This document shows, piece after piece, positions 12,681-25,631 of a DNA stretch of 64,000 nt. This DNA is from Macrostomum lignano (taxonomy: Eukaryota): the NCBI GenBank assembly GCA_002269645.1, contig NIVC01002766.1, positions 78,331 to 142,330 on the forward strand. Reading direction: 5' to 3'. Made by a program: the position numbers and the translations under genes. The notes below the pieces were generated by a model. That model had not been told where the DNA came from and searched no databases. It saw only the letters and a program-made list of their open reading frames with translations. Numbering within the stretch: the first letter of the stretch is position 1; each line of letters starts with the position of its first letter.

Positions 12681-13789
12681 CGTAAAGACGCGGTTTGCAC
12701 TCGTCAGGACTAGAATTTATTGAAAAGTTTTAGGTTAGAAATAAAGTTAATAAACTTTCTTACACAATTGCACGAATTAATAAATATAAATAAAGCTAGG
12801 GAGCCCATGAGTAACGCTAAAAACCTGGAAAACTTTATTTCGAATAAACATTCTTTTAAAGAGCGATTCCGTAACATGGTTATTGCTCAATATTACTTAT
12901 AATAGTATAATTTTTATTATGTAACGATCAATGACAAAGTCAATAACGCTCGTACTTGGAACTTAGTGTCTGGATCATAATTAGTACATCTCTTGTATCG
13001 CATCTACTACTGCTAATAGCAATGTCAAGTTTTTTTCACTTGTTAAATTAACAAAACTTTGACAACGACCCACACAAAGCAATCAATAAAGTTTGATAGG
13101 AAATGTCTCGTGAAACATTACGGAATGATAAAAATATACATCTTAATACTGCAATATATTTTAATAGATAGTAATAAACAATATCCAGAAGAATTAAAAC
13201 AAGCCAGATGAAAATCATATTGCTAGATGCATAAAATGAACAATTAAACAAGGCAAGGCACATATTGGTTTCAGTTCACAGCGAGGGATCACAATAAAAT
13301 TTATGACTAATAATCTGGCTAGTTAAGGTGCTTTGACCTTCAATTGTCTAGTGCAAAAGAAAAGTACGACAGTACCTAAAAATAGTAAAATCTTTGGTTT
13401 TATCCCCAGACCAAAGGAATCGACCGAATTGGAAATTAAATAAAGCTATTGGGCTCATTATTTATGCAATAATTATGCAATAGTGAGCAAAGAGGATATC
13501 ATAACTCGTAAATGTTTCATTATTAGTTTTTTTTATTAACAGCTAAGCTGTTTTAAATAACAGAGCTATTGCACACAATCGGCATAAAATACTGGATTGC
13601 AGACCGTGCAATGACGTCATCGCAACCACTATTTGACCTTCAATTGTCAGTAATGCCTAATGCCTAATAATGCCTAATAATGGGCAGTAATGCCTCTCGC
13701 CGCTTAAAGTGCGCCAGGGTGCACACAGCCCCTGTCTATCTATATAACTAAACAAACACCGATCCTACTCGTATTTGACCTTCAACTGT

Positions 13790-16127
13790 TCACCTGTCGG
13801 TTTTATCCGCCCCAGTAGCACCAGAAGAATCCGCCGACACAAGCGCCATAGCGGCAGTATAAACGCTAGTAAAAGAATAGCCTTCAGCTCCGAGCATGTG
13901 GCTATCGTCTAGAAAGTACTCAATGTACTTTAAATGGCAGAGCAGAGCCGGCTGGCCGGAGGTGGCCACAACGAATGCCAGCACGGGCACCAGATCGTCG
14001 GCGCCGATTTCGCCGGCCCCGACGGCCGATCGCATCGCCGCTAAGGCGCTGTTCAGAGTGTCCTGCAACAGTTGGCACTTTGCCAAAGGCGTACCAGGCG
14101 AGGCGCACAGTCGGCGCAGTAGGTCGCGCGATTCCGACAACGGCGCTAAATCGGTTGTTAAACTGTCGAATCTTTGACCGACGCCGCACAGTTTAGCAAC
14201 GGATTCTAACTGAGAGGAGACCTGACAGTCTGCCTGTTTGTCCCCTGCTACTTCGATCATGACAGCGGCCAGTCTGCTGAGATGAGGCCGCAGTACGATG
14301 GCCAGTCGGGCCAGGGCGCACGACTCCACCCGGGGGAGAGCAGGCGGCCAGACAGCAGCGCGGAGCACGCGGCCACCTCGTGACTGGCTAATCCGCCATC
14401 GCTGCCGCCGCCGCCGCAGAGAAGACAGGCGGCCGGAGCCAGCCGACGCAACAGACGACAGGCGACGCGGCCGACTCTGGCTGAGGAATCGTCGCGATCG
14501 GCGTCAAGCAGCAGACTGTCCGTCAGGCTCAATAGTTCAACGTCGGGAGCCTCGACAGAGTCGGCAGGGGTTGGCGGCGCTACGGACAGCCGATTGGCCA
14601 GCCGGTCGGAGAATGCGGCAATAAAAGCAGCCAGTGGGTGGTCGGGAATGGACAGCACGTACTGCAGGCGGGCAGGCGGCTGGCCGGCGGATTTCTGGTA
14701 CAGCTGATCCCGGTACAGCACCAGGTAGTCGAACTCGCTGCACCGGCAGTACAGGGTGCGCAGCTCGGCGGCATCGATGGCCTTTTCCTTGAAGGGGGTG
14801 GGGGCACTGAATCTTATCGCCTCTGACACCGAATCTGATCGCCTCTGACACCGAATCTGATCGCCTCTGACACTGAATCTTATCGCCTCTGACACCGAAT
14901 CTTATCGCCTCTGACACTGAATCTTATCGCCTCTGACACTGAATCTTATCGCCTCTGACACTGAATCTTATCGCCTCTGACACCGAATCTTATCGCCTCT
15001 GACAACGAATCTTATCGCCTCTGACACCGAATCTCAGCACACTTGACACCGAATCTTATCGTCTCTGACACCGAATCTCAGCACACCTGACACCAAATCT
15101 TATGACACCTGACACCGAATCTCAGCACACCTGACACCGAATCTGATCACACCTGACACCGAAGCTCATCACACCTGACACCGAATCTGATCACACCTGG
15201 CACCGAATCTCATCACACCTGACACCGAATCTCATCACACCTGACACCGAAGCTCATCACACCTGACACCGAATCTGATCACACCTGACACCGAATCTGA
15301 TCACACCTGACACCGAATCTCATCACACCTGACACCGAATCTGATCACACATGACACCGAATCTCATCACACCTGACACCGAATCTTATCCTAGCAATAA
15401 TTATCAAACACTGACTGACACAAAGGAAAATATCACAGAATCCTTAAAGCCAAACCTCATCAGACTCCACAGGTCCGTCATCATATTCGAATACCTCCGT
15501 ATGCAGCTGAAACAGGCGGCTACAGTCGGTCCGTTTAGCCAGCAGATCATCCTGCAGAGCCTGTTCAAAAGCCGCCTGTTTCGGCTTAGCCAACTGCAAA
15601 TTCTCTTCTATTCGGCGTTGCAAAGCCAGGTGTAAATTAACCCGGCGTGGGTCACCTTTGGGCAGGGCGCTGGTCCTAGCCAGATGGGCGCTGTAGAGCC
15701 GCCTGTTCAGCTCCATCGCTTCTTGCATGGGGGATTTACGCGGGCCAAGATAGGCTGGAGCTGGAGGAATTGGAGAAGAGGCAGTACCCGCAAACTGCGC
15801 CGGAGTCTGGGCCGCTGCTTGATGAGGCGGCGGCTTACCCGGTTGCTGGGGTGTCCGATTATTCATACCAGGAGGGGCGGCATTTAATAACGCGTCGCTT
15901 CGTTCTAAACACAATTTCATCAATCGCATCAACTTCCGCTGCTCATCCAACTGTTGAGCTGATAATTGAGCAACTGGGACAGCCTGAGAGGCGGCAGCAG
16001 CAGCTGAAGCAACAGCCGCAGCCAGGACCTGCTGCATGCAGGCTAAATAAGGGAAATAGCATCGTTCGCTTTGGCCTTGTTCGTCCTGACGGAGAACGTC
16101 TAGGACTGCCGTCACGGCCGTCTGTGA
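13790..16127 (-). CDS. VPS9D1: VPS9 domain-containing protein 1-like (Rab5-family GEF); exons ~15456(or 15495)-16127 and 13790-14787; one apparent 1-nt frameshift near 14330-14370
   Basis: C-terminal VPS9 motif GADDLVPVLAFVV...GAEGYSFTS. The segments RRIEENLQLAK and VLSIPDHPLA match recalled VPS9D1 (RQMMENLVIAK, LLSLPDHPIA). Acceptor CCCCCTTCAAG|GAA is phase 0. There is no genomic ATG at the N-terminus. Confidence 0.8.
14807..15385. repeat. 22-bp minisatellite in two subtypes (CTGACACCGAATCTTATCGCCT / CTGACACCGAATCTCATCACAC), ~26 copies, VPS9D1 intron
   Basis: Direct periodicity, with a gradient from one subtype to the other. Confidence 0.95.
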
Positions 16128-16246
16128 CTGCAGCGGAATTTTTTAATCAAATCAAAATTTGCGGTATAATAAGTTATTCTTTTACGCCAATAATAGTTCC
16201 AATCCAAAGAGCACTGCATCTTGAGAACCTTTCCGGGAGTCAATCA

Positions 16247-17650
16247 TCTAGATAAACTTTCCTAGAAACCGTTATGTAGATAAACTTTCCTAGAATCTGT
16301 CATCTAGAAAACTTTTCCTAGAATCAGTCATCTAGAGACCTTTTCCTAGAATCTGTCATCTAGAGAACTTTTCCTAGAATCAGTCATCTAGAGAACTTTT
16401 CCTAGAATCTGTCATCTAGAGAACTTTTCCTAGAATCAGTCATCTGGAGAACTTTTCCTAGAGTCAGTCATCTAGAGAACTTTTCCTAGAATCAGTCATC
16501 TGGAGAACTTTTCCTAGAATCAGTCATCTAGAGAACTTTTCCTAGAATCAGTCATCTGGAGAACTTTTCCTAGAATCAGTCATCTAGAGAACTTTTCCTA
16601 GAATCTGTCATCTAGAAAACTTTTCCTAGAATCAGTCATCTAGAGACCTTTTCCTAGAATCTGTCATCTAGAGAACTTTTCCTAGAATCAGTCATCTAGA
16701 GAACTTTTCCTAGAATCAGTCATCTAGAGAACTTTTCCTAGAATCAGTCATCTGGAGAACTTTTCCTAGAATCAGTCATCTAGAAAACTTTTCCTAGAAT
16801 CAGTCATCTAGAGACCTTTTCCTAGAATCTGTCATCTAGAGAACTTTTCCTAGAATCAGTCATCTAGAGAACTTTTCCTAGAATCTGTCATCTAGAGAAC
16901 TTTTCCTAGAATCAGTCATCTGGAGAACTTTTCCTAGAGTCAGTCATCTAGAGAACTTTTCCTAGAATCAGTCATCTGGAGAACTTTTCCTAGAATCAGT
17001 CATCTAGAGAACTTTTCCTAGAATCAGTCATCTGGAGAACTTTTCCTAGAATCAGTCATCTAGAGAACTTTTCCTAGAATCTGTCATCTAGAAAACTTTT
17101 CCTAGAATCAGTCATCTAGAGACCTTTTCCTAGAATCTGTCATCTAGAGAACTTTTCCTAGAATCAGTCATCTAGAGAACTTTTCCTAGAATCAGTCATC
17201 TAGAGAACTTTTCCTAGAATCAGTCATCTAGAGAATCTTTCCTAGAATCAGTCATCTAGAGACCTTTTCCTAGAATCTGTCATCTAGAGAATCTTTCCTA
17301 GAATCAGTCATCTAGAGACCTTTTCCTAGAATCTGTCATCTAGAGAATCTTTCCTAGAATCAGTCATCTAGAGACCTTTTCCTAGAATCTGTCATCTAGA
17401 GAATCTTTCCTAGAATCAGTCATCTAGAGACCTTTTCCTATAATCAATCATCTAGAGAATTCTTTCCTAGAATCAATAATCTAGAGAACCTTTCCTAGAA
17501 TCCATCATCTAGAACTTTTCCTAGAATCCACCATCTAGAGAATTCTTTCCTAGAATCAGTAATCTAAAGAACTTTTCCTAGAATCAATCATCTAGAAAAT
17601 CATTCCAAGAATCTGTCATCTATACAACCATTCCTAGAATCAATAAAGAA
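16247..17650. repeat. 28-bp minisatellite (TCTAGAGAACTTTTCCTAGAATCAGTCA), ~50 copies, between the RPL13 3' end and the VPS9D1 5' end
   Basis: Direct periodicity, degenerate at both ends; includes an internal block duplication of roughly 480 nt. Confidence 0.97.
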
Positions 17651-17877
17651 CATTTCTCAGAATTCCTAGAAAAAAACATTTTAGAAACTTTCGTATTTCC
17701 GCATAACAGAAAAAAAAACTAGAAAGACTTGACATTTTTAATCCATCAATCAAATTGGGCACGCGCAAGTGTATTTAACGGTGTCAATTTTATTCAAGTT
17801 GTTAGTTAAGCTTTTAACGCACAAAGGGAGAAACAGCCACCATTAGATCAGCTATATAGCTCAGCTTAGTTAACTCA

Positions 17878-18501
17878 TCACTTCTTCTCCTTCTCAGCCT
17901 GCTCGGCTTTCTTCTTGCGCAGTCCGTCGAGCCGCTTGTTCGCCCGAGCCTGTCGGATAGCGTGGAAGGCGTGGAACTTCTTGTCGTCCTCCGATTGGAC
18001 GCGAGCCTTCACGCGGCGCAGTCGGCGGCCCGGAGCCACCACAGGCGGCAGCGGACGCTGTACAACAGACCGAAGTTCCTCCTCCGAAGCTTCGCCAGCC
18101 TTCGGCGCCTTGGGATTCTTCGGGAATAGGATCAGCTTGCCGCGGTAGGCCTTCAATCGCTGGGCATTGCGCTGCAGACTCTCGGCTGAGCGATTCTTGC
18201 GCCGATGATCAACGGCGATGCCGATGGTTTGGGCGAGTCGGCGATTGATGCCGGCGGCCTTGAGCTCGTCCAGGCTGAAGCCGCGGCCGGGGCGGACACG
18301 CATGTTGTACCTGATGGTCTGGCAGCGGACCACCGGGCGAAGAGGCCCGTTCACTGGCCGGGGCGCTATAAGGCGCGCCTTCTCGACGCGAGCTTTACGA
18401 CGGCGCTCCTTGCGAGCGGGCTGGTTGAACCAGGTGCGAACAAAGCGCTGCCAGTCCTTGTGGAAGTGGGCATTCGGTATGATGTTCTTGCGCTTCACCA
18501 T
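17878..18501 (-). CDS. RPL13: 60S ribosomal protein L13 (eL13)
   Basis: [31 protein letters not shown]...[14 protein letters not shown]...[19 protein letters not shown] is unmistakably eL13. There is an acceptor just upstream of the ATG and an AATAAA on the minus strand near 17790. Confidence 0.98.
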   Translation of the reverse strand: MVKRKNIIPNAHFHKDWQRFVRTWFNQPARKERRRKARVEKARLIAPRPVNGPLRPVVRCQTIRYNMRVRPGRGFSLDELKAAGINRRLAQTIGIAVDHRRKNRSAESLQRNAQRLKAYRGKLILFPKNPKAPKAGEASEEELRSVVQRPLPPVVAPGRRLRRVKARVQSEDDKKFHAFHAIRQARANKRLDGLRKKKAEQAEKEKK

Positions 18502-20321
18502 GGCGACCGGAACTGCTGGAAAATCTGCAATTGCAAAAGTCAAACTTTGTTATTACTATGAGTAGGTTGACTGGATTATTTGTTTTTTTATTGAAGAAGT
18601 TAGATCTAAACTATTAGTTAGAGGACTCAAATGGGGACCTTTGACCAACATTTCTGAGCTAAAGGATATTGATGCTATTCAAACAAATTTCTACAAATAC
18701 CTTTTCAACCTCCCAAAGCATCTTAGCAATAGTATCATTTAAGCTGAGCTCAGCATCTTGCCAATTTCCTACACCAGATCCATAAAGCTTTTTAAATTTA
18801 TTTGGTTAAAACTAAGACACAAAAACACTATCAACACCCCCATTGAACTCTGAAGCAAACACAAGCTCACAAAATCTATGGAAAACTAATAATGTAACTG
18901 AAATACTACATGGCATCAATTTGGAATGCATGACCACAATGAACCCAGACAAAAAATCTCTGTTTTACATTACCTTCCCACTCCTAAATCTTATTTACAT
19001 GCCAGAAAATTCCAACATATAACATATGTGTAAAATGGTTAGCATAAAGGGGTGATAGTCATTTTGTCAACTGGCGTTTTGTCAACTTAGTTGACAAAGT
19101 GACCAAAGTGTTGGGGCAACTTTATTGGTAGTTAACAAAATGACCAATGCCTAGGTCTCCCCTATTTGCTTATTGACAAAGTGACCAAAATTTTACTATA
19201 TGAATGATATAGCTGATATAACTGCATAATCTTGTAGCTGACAATAATTATTGTATCTATTACATTGTTTTAATAATTACCTTATTTTACATAAACAATG
19301 ATCAAAAATTGCAATGGATTTGCTATTAATATTACTGCAATACTACATCATATATGTGTCATCCATATGATGATGACAACTTGAACAAATCTCGAAGACT
19401 TAAACATTTAAATATGACAACTTTGACCAAAGGCAAGGGTGTATTAATTTTGGATTTTTCTACCTTCGGGCAAAAATCCCTTGCATATGCACCCGTAATT
19501 TTTATATTAACTGTGTCAATTAATGCTGATTCACCCCTGATTGCTGCATCAGCGATCAGGGTCGGCATTGCGTTCGTGCAAATTAATCCGGAGAAATTGC
19601 GCAGACGAATCACAACGAAATTTTCTTTCTCCTGCTTACTCCAACAGCCGGGTTCTCAAGTCTAATAAATCTAATAAAACTATAAAATAAAACTAACAAG
19701 TCTAAAGTGTGCAAAACTAATAAATAAATTTAAACTAAACTGTCGAACACAAAAGGAAAAAGGCAAGAAAAAGAAAAAGGAAAAGGGGGTTGAAAATTAG
19801 GCGGCACATCAAGACAGTATAAATATTAAAAAAAGGAGGTTACAATCAACGGGTGGGGGTGCCGCTGGACACACTACTGGACCAAAAATCCCATGCGTGG
19901 AGACTACCGATGGAATGGCTCACAGGTTACATGCAAGCAACAAAATTAAAACAAAAGTTTTGACCAAGATTTGACCAAGACCTACTTTTCCAACCAAAGG
20001 AAGAATAGAACAATTTCTGGAACCTCCAGTCAATGGAAATGTGACAAAAATTGAACAATGAGCGGACAAAAATTAAACGTTTGTAGCAGTTTTCCTTTTA
20101 AATGAGTTATTAAAGTAATGGTTATTAGCCTGATTGCAGCGCATGGGCATTTTGGCGGACGGCGTCCGGCGCGGATCTAATACGGCGCGGCGCGGCGTGT
20201 ACGGCGCGCGGCGATTAGTACGGCGCGGCGCGGTACTAATTAGATGCCGAGGCATTTAGGCTTGATAAGACAGTCATAGTTACTCCTGCCGTTTACCCAA
20301 AACTGCGTTAATTTTGCTTTA

Positions 20322-20342
20322 GGGTTTCTTTCACAGGTAAGT
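20322..20342 (+). promoter_or_regulatory. Candidate 5'TOP-like non-coding first exon and donor of RPL36 (TTTCTTTCACAG|GTAAGT, donor at 20337)
   Basis: Pyrimidine tract followed by a perfect GTAAGT donor; it would pair with acceptor CCCGCAG|AC-ATG at 25628-25629. Pairing is inferred. Confidence 0.45.
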
Positions 20343-21489
20343 CATTTCACAGCGTGGCGCAGGTTGTGTAGGCGTCTGGCGTACTTAAGCCATGCGCTGC
20401 AATAGGGGTTATTAGTTCAAATATCAATTAAGTGGCACCCGACTGCCACACATGACTACTGAGAATACACTGTAAATTGTTTTAATTTGTTGGCAAACAA
20501 GAACACGCTGCCGCCATGAGCTAAGATCCTTGCGCAGCCAATGCAACACAATATGATGATTTAGTGAATGCAGCATTGTCCAATACTGAGATGATGACGA
20601 TTTAGATAATTTAGTTGTTTTTCTCATAAGCCGCAGATGACGATCTCAAATATGACGACTTCGGCCGGAACCGCATATTCAACTTTAATTCTAACCCATA
20701 TATATCTGTGCGTTGATGATTCTTAGGCATTTGTATGTTATGTGACCATATATGTATCTATATAGGTTATTCATTCTAGCAAAATGCATCAGGAACAAGA
20801 ACATCAGGAGTCATGAAAATTAGTGAACTGTGTCTACAAGTTCCCACTCCTCTACCCTGCTATGTGTAGTCAACCAAAGCTGATCCCCTATAATAAGTCT
20901 TGATATCTAGTAATGCTCTTGGAGAATATCATGCACAATTCAAATGCATCATACCATATTATATAATGCATTTCACTTTGTCATACTTAATACTAGGCTT
21001 CTATAAGCTGGTTTAAAGGGAAGCAATACCTATAAAAAATGGAAAAATGATATATGTTCTATCTCTGTGACATACCAGGGTATGTTATTCTAATTCAAAT
21101 CCAAAAAGAAATATTGTATTATACTCATCAGTCATTAGTACTTAGAAGTTAGTGAGTTGCAAGATTTAGATTTGACTAAGCTTGAAAAGAAGACTTTTGA
21201 CCAAAATCCAAAAATCCAAAATCTTAAAATAATCAAGATAGCATAATTTATTATTGAAGTTTCATACTTTTCATTTTTATCATTTTCATTTAGAAATAAA
21301 AAAAACAAATTTTGATCAAATTGTTTGTGTGGTATAACTTGAAAAATTATTGAAAACATTTTACATTTCTTGTAATTTTCTAATAAATAAACAAAGCACC
21401 TTTGCTTATGTTTGAATTTATCATCAAATGTAAACCAAAAGTAAGTATAGGCCCTAACATTTTGACTTTTATCAATAAATAAACTTAAA

Positions 21490-24400
21490 ATAAAAAACTG
21501 TCACCAAAATGATCCAAATATATCGCCAAAATGACTATCACCGAAGTGACTTGTCACCAAAGTGACTGTTGCCAAAGTGATCTGTCGCCGAAATGATCAG
21601 TGACCTCCCCTAGGAGCCTACTTTAAAAATCCTAGATCTGTTACGGGTCATTTCAAGGTTTTTTTTTCTGAAAAATTTAGTTTTTTGTGGCCGCGGGGGG
21701 TTAGGCCTAGTTAATTGGCAGTTGATGAAGTGACCATAGGCGAAAATAAAAACTTTTAAAAAATGAGCTCTAGCCTCCAAGTACAACTTACAAGTCTAAT
21801 ATTATACTTGTAAAACACATTTATAAATCAACCTACAAAGGCTGCCTACTATACCTACTACTATTAAAAAGGGACATAATCATTGTCCAAACTGGCATCA
21901 TTATAATTTGCCGTGTTTTCTAGGCCAAATTTTTAGACAAGACATTGAAAAGACACTGACTGTCTCACTGTCTGACTTGAACTAGCCTAGAACTACTCAA
22001 CTAGTAAAGGCCCTGTTGCCCTCGCAATGAGTCCTCATCAGATTCAGCAACATACTGAATAACACGGATAGGCCTACTAGAATTAAACTAGAAAACTTGC
22101 AAACGAAAGAGGTCCTTAAAACGTTCTAAGGACTAGGCCTAACCAATTTAAATTTCAAACTTATACTAAGACAGGCAATGATTAGTCTGCTTTAGTTTAA
22201 ACTAGACGTGTAGAAACATATGAAATCTTGCTCGGCCTACAAATGATTTAAAATTGTTACAATGTATAACAAACCAAAATTCTCTATAATTAAGCAACGT
22301 CAGTTGTTAAAAAGAATTATGTATTTATACTTATTTAAAATTATTCTTTCATTAAAGTTTACTAATATTGTAATTACAGTTTTTAATATAACGAAAAGTC
22401 TGTTGAAATATTTCAAGAAAAAAATACTAATGCTAGGCCTATATAGCTAGCAACTTTGCAAGCCTCTCACGTAAGGCGGGCGGTAGGGACTAACAATAGC
22501 TGGCTATGCCACTATGCTAGCCTGCTTAAAGATGAACATCGAATACTAAACTTTGTCTTATACTAAGTTACTAAGTTATTACATTTTTTGCCGTTGTATA
22601 AGGTCTAAGTCTAAGCCCTAAAAGGGAAACTAAGGTCTACTATCTGATGATCTAAATATTTAATAATTAGCCTTAAGAGTTAAGTCAGAAATTTAAGGTC
22701 TTTATATTTTATTAGGCCTCATTGGCCCCCTAGGCCAAACTTTAAAGTTTACTAATAAAAGATAAAAAATAATTGTTTCATCTTAGACTTAGCCCCCCCC
22801 CCTAGTTAGAATTAGATTAGAATACATTATAGGCCTATATAAAATTAAAATAGGCCTATAAAAATAGACCTAGGGGGGGCTAAAATTAGAAAAAAGTAAA
22901 GAATATTTCATATTTGCATTTCATAGGCCCTTATGATACTTTTTAGCCTATGCATTATGTAAAGATATGTTGCATTGCTATTTTCCATGCCATGCCTTAC
23001 CTTTATATCATAGATATATTAGGCCTAGGCCTAGCCTATGAAATTAAGCAAGTTCTAGCTAGCTAGGGCCTATTGGCTTAGCCAATAATAAAATTTATTG
23101 TTTTTAATAGTTGACTAGCTAGCCTAATTTGCGCTGTCAACTAAGCCCTAGGGCCTAGCATCTAGAATTTTATTGTTTCCCCTTGGCCGTACACCTATAT
23201 GGTTATACAAATTAAATCAAGTAGGGCCTAATTATCTTGCTAGTTCGATGCAATAAGTTTTTTATTAGTTGGCTATAAATCTTTTGATATAATCAAATTT
23301 AAATTAGCTATAAAGTTCAAGTTTCTCATTATATACAATTAAATTAGGCTTAGTAATTTTAATAGTTAGTTGGATACAAATAAATTAAAAAGGCCTATTT
23401 AAAAAAGCTTTCAAATATTTAATCTCTCTTAGCAATGAGCTAGAACTTAATAAAAATATATTTATCATCTTGGGCACATTTGATATGTTTTGGGGAAGAA
23501 ATTATAAAAATCAACTAAAAGCCTTTTGGGAGATTATCATTTGTACAATATAAGCAAGCAAACATATATAAACTTTTTATTTTTAGTATATTTCTTGCTC
23601 TTAGGCAATTTACTGCTCTAAGGAAATCTTCTTTAGACTATTAAGTAATTTTCACTTTCAGTAGGGTTTAATTCTCCCAATGTTGGGGTTTCTTATAAAA
23701 GAGATAAAAGAAATAAACTGGATAACAAACTTGATTAGTAAGCCTATCTTTCCAAATTGGAAGTTGATTATAAAAGTTTACAAGCAGGTAGAAATACCAA
23801 GTTGTTGCTCTTTTAGTTTTTAGGCTTTTATTTATATTGGCTGTAAAGTCAGTTTCAAACCATTATATACCATTGAAACAAATTTATTTATAAAATATTT
23901 TTGGAAACACTAATTCAATGAAAATTAAGGATAAGCTTTAAATGCAGTAAGCCTTTTCTTACTGCAGTAAGCAGTAAGTAATTCTTAAAAAAGAATAAGT
24001 TTTTAAAAAGAATATATAAGAAAAGAATAGGCCCTATACTAAGTCTATATAATGAATGTTATATTACTAGGCCTATAAAAAGAGCACTATGTCACTAGCA
24101 TATTCAAAAGAAAATAGTTATTAATTTTTAGTATATGGATTAATTGATCAATATTACTAAATTAAACAAAAGAACTAGATATACAAATTATTTTCTTGTA
24201 AGTATATTTCAAGTATTTTAAGTATATACTTCAAGAAATAACTTTAGGACTTAAAGACTATTTGAGCTTTTAATTTCATTGACTAGTAAAAAGTAAATCA
24301 ATAAAAATAACTAGGTAAGTAGATGTTATTAGTGGTATTACAAACCTTTTTAAAAGGAACTTTAAGTCATAGGTTGAAAAGATTTTCAATGCTTTATATT

Positions 24401-25450
24401 ATGAATAAGATGAATATAATTAGGATAATAAGGTTAAGGTATAGATATAAAAGGTTTTATTTGAACACATGAATATACCATAAATAAATAATATATTATA
24501 AATGAGTTTTAAGTAAACTATTGCTTTAATTCTTTATTTTCTCATTATATTTTATTAAGTGATAGAAGAACCATTGCTATTGGAATTAATATCAATTTAA
24601 AGTTTAAGGAAGTTATAGGAAATTAGTAGCTATAGATATTGATTGATATAAATAAACTATGGGAAAAATTAGCTACCACTATAGATACAAATATAGGCAA
24701 TTGTGGGTTATAGTAGAACTCTAAGAATTAATACATTGTAGTTATATTATCAATAATATAATCAGGATTAACATAAAAATATATATATATCTTTCTAATA
24801 ATCATAATATACTTACCTAAATGATAAAATAGTAGTCAAAGTTCTCAAACATATAAGTGTACCATATTATTGTCCTGTATATTATAGGCCCTATTATTTA
24901 ACCTTTCAGTAATAATATATTTATAGTATGGCTTAGTTATAAACCAAATATATTTTTATAAAATGAATTATTTATATTAGATGACCTTGTTTGTTCATTA
25001 TATGCTCAAAGTACCTTGATAGCATTGGCATAGTTATGATGTATGATAATTAAAATTTAAACCTCCAAGTAATTGATATGTTTGCATTGGTTGGCATTAG
25101 GAATCCCTAAGTATGTCTATGTTATTTAGTATTCCTCATTTGTATTATAACATGGAATATCTAAAAGAGCAGATTGAGCAAATTGCCTAATAAAATGATT
25201 ATTTATGCAATAGTGCTTCATCTCACATGCCAGAAACACAATTTAACATAATTTCAAGTGTTTATCTTATTGAGAGAAATCCCTACCTAAAAATTTTTAT
25301 CTAAAGGTTTTGAAATTTGAGATTTTTATTTTTCTATTTTGATTGGATTTTTAAAATAAAAATAAGCCTTTTTGTCAACTGAAATGTTAAATGCAGTAAA
25401 ATGTTAAGTTATTCATGAGTGCCATGCATGCACCTATAAAGTAAAACTCA
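21490..25450. mobile_element. Very AT-rich block, probably decayed DNA transposon(s), possibly hAT-related, inside the presumed RPL36 first intron
   Basis: Clustered GTCACC/GCCAAAATGAC subterminal-like repeats at 21500-21605; CCCCCCCCCTAG / CTAGGGGGGGCT inverted motifs at 22793-22882; recurrent TAGGCCTA; no intact ORF. Confidence 0.35.
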
Positions 25451-25631
25451 ATTGAAGCATTCTGGTAGGGATTTGTTAGTCAGACAAGTGCTTAGATTTT
25501 TGTCTGATGTGTTTTAGACATAAGATGAAGCACTTTGTAGTTTGCATCACCATTGTATTTGAAATTTTTTGGTCAATCCGCACTTCTAGATGCACCATAG
25601 TTGCTATTTTAATCTCTGAACTCCCGCAGAC

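Noticed and set aside
12678-12700. SL RNA gene (CCGTAAAGAC resembles my recollection of a Macrostomum SL 5' end)
   Set aside because: The match ends after ~10 nt, with no AUG|GT junction or Sm site following.
14788-14830. Minisatellite supplying the VPS9D1 splice acceptor
   Set aside because: A better pyrimidine-rich, phase-compatible acceptor (CCCCCTTCAAG|GAA) lies just outside the array.
19354-19665. Short ORFs in the RPL13/RPL36 intergenic region
   Set aside because: AT-rich, no recognisable motif or splice support.
20550-20660. Box C/D snoRNA in the RPL36 intron
   Set aside because: The ATGATGA and CTGA boxes are only ~30 nt apart or unpaired, with no terminal stem; more like transposon subterminal repeats.
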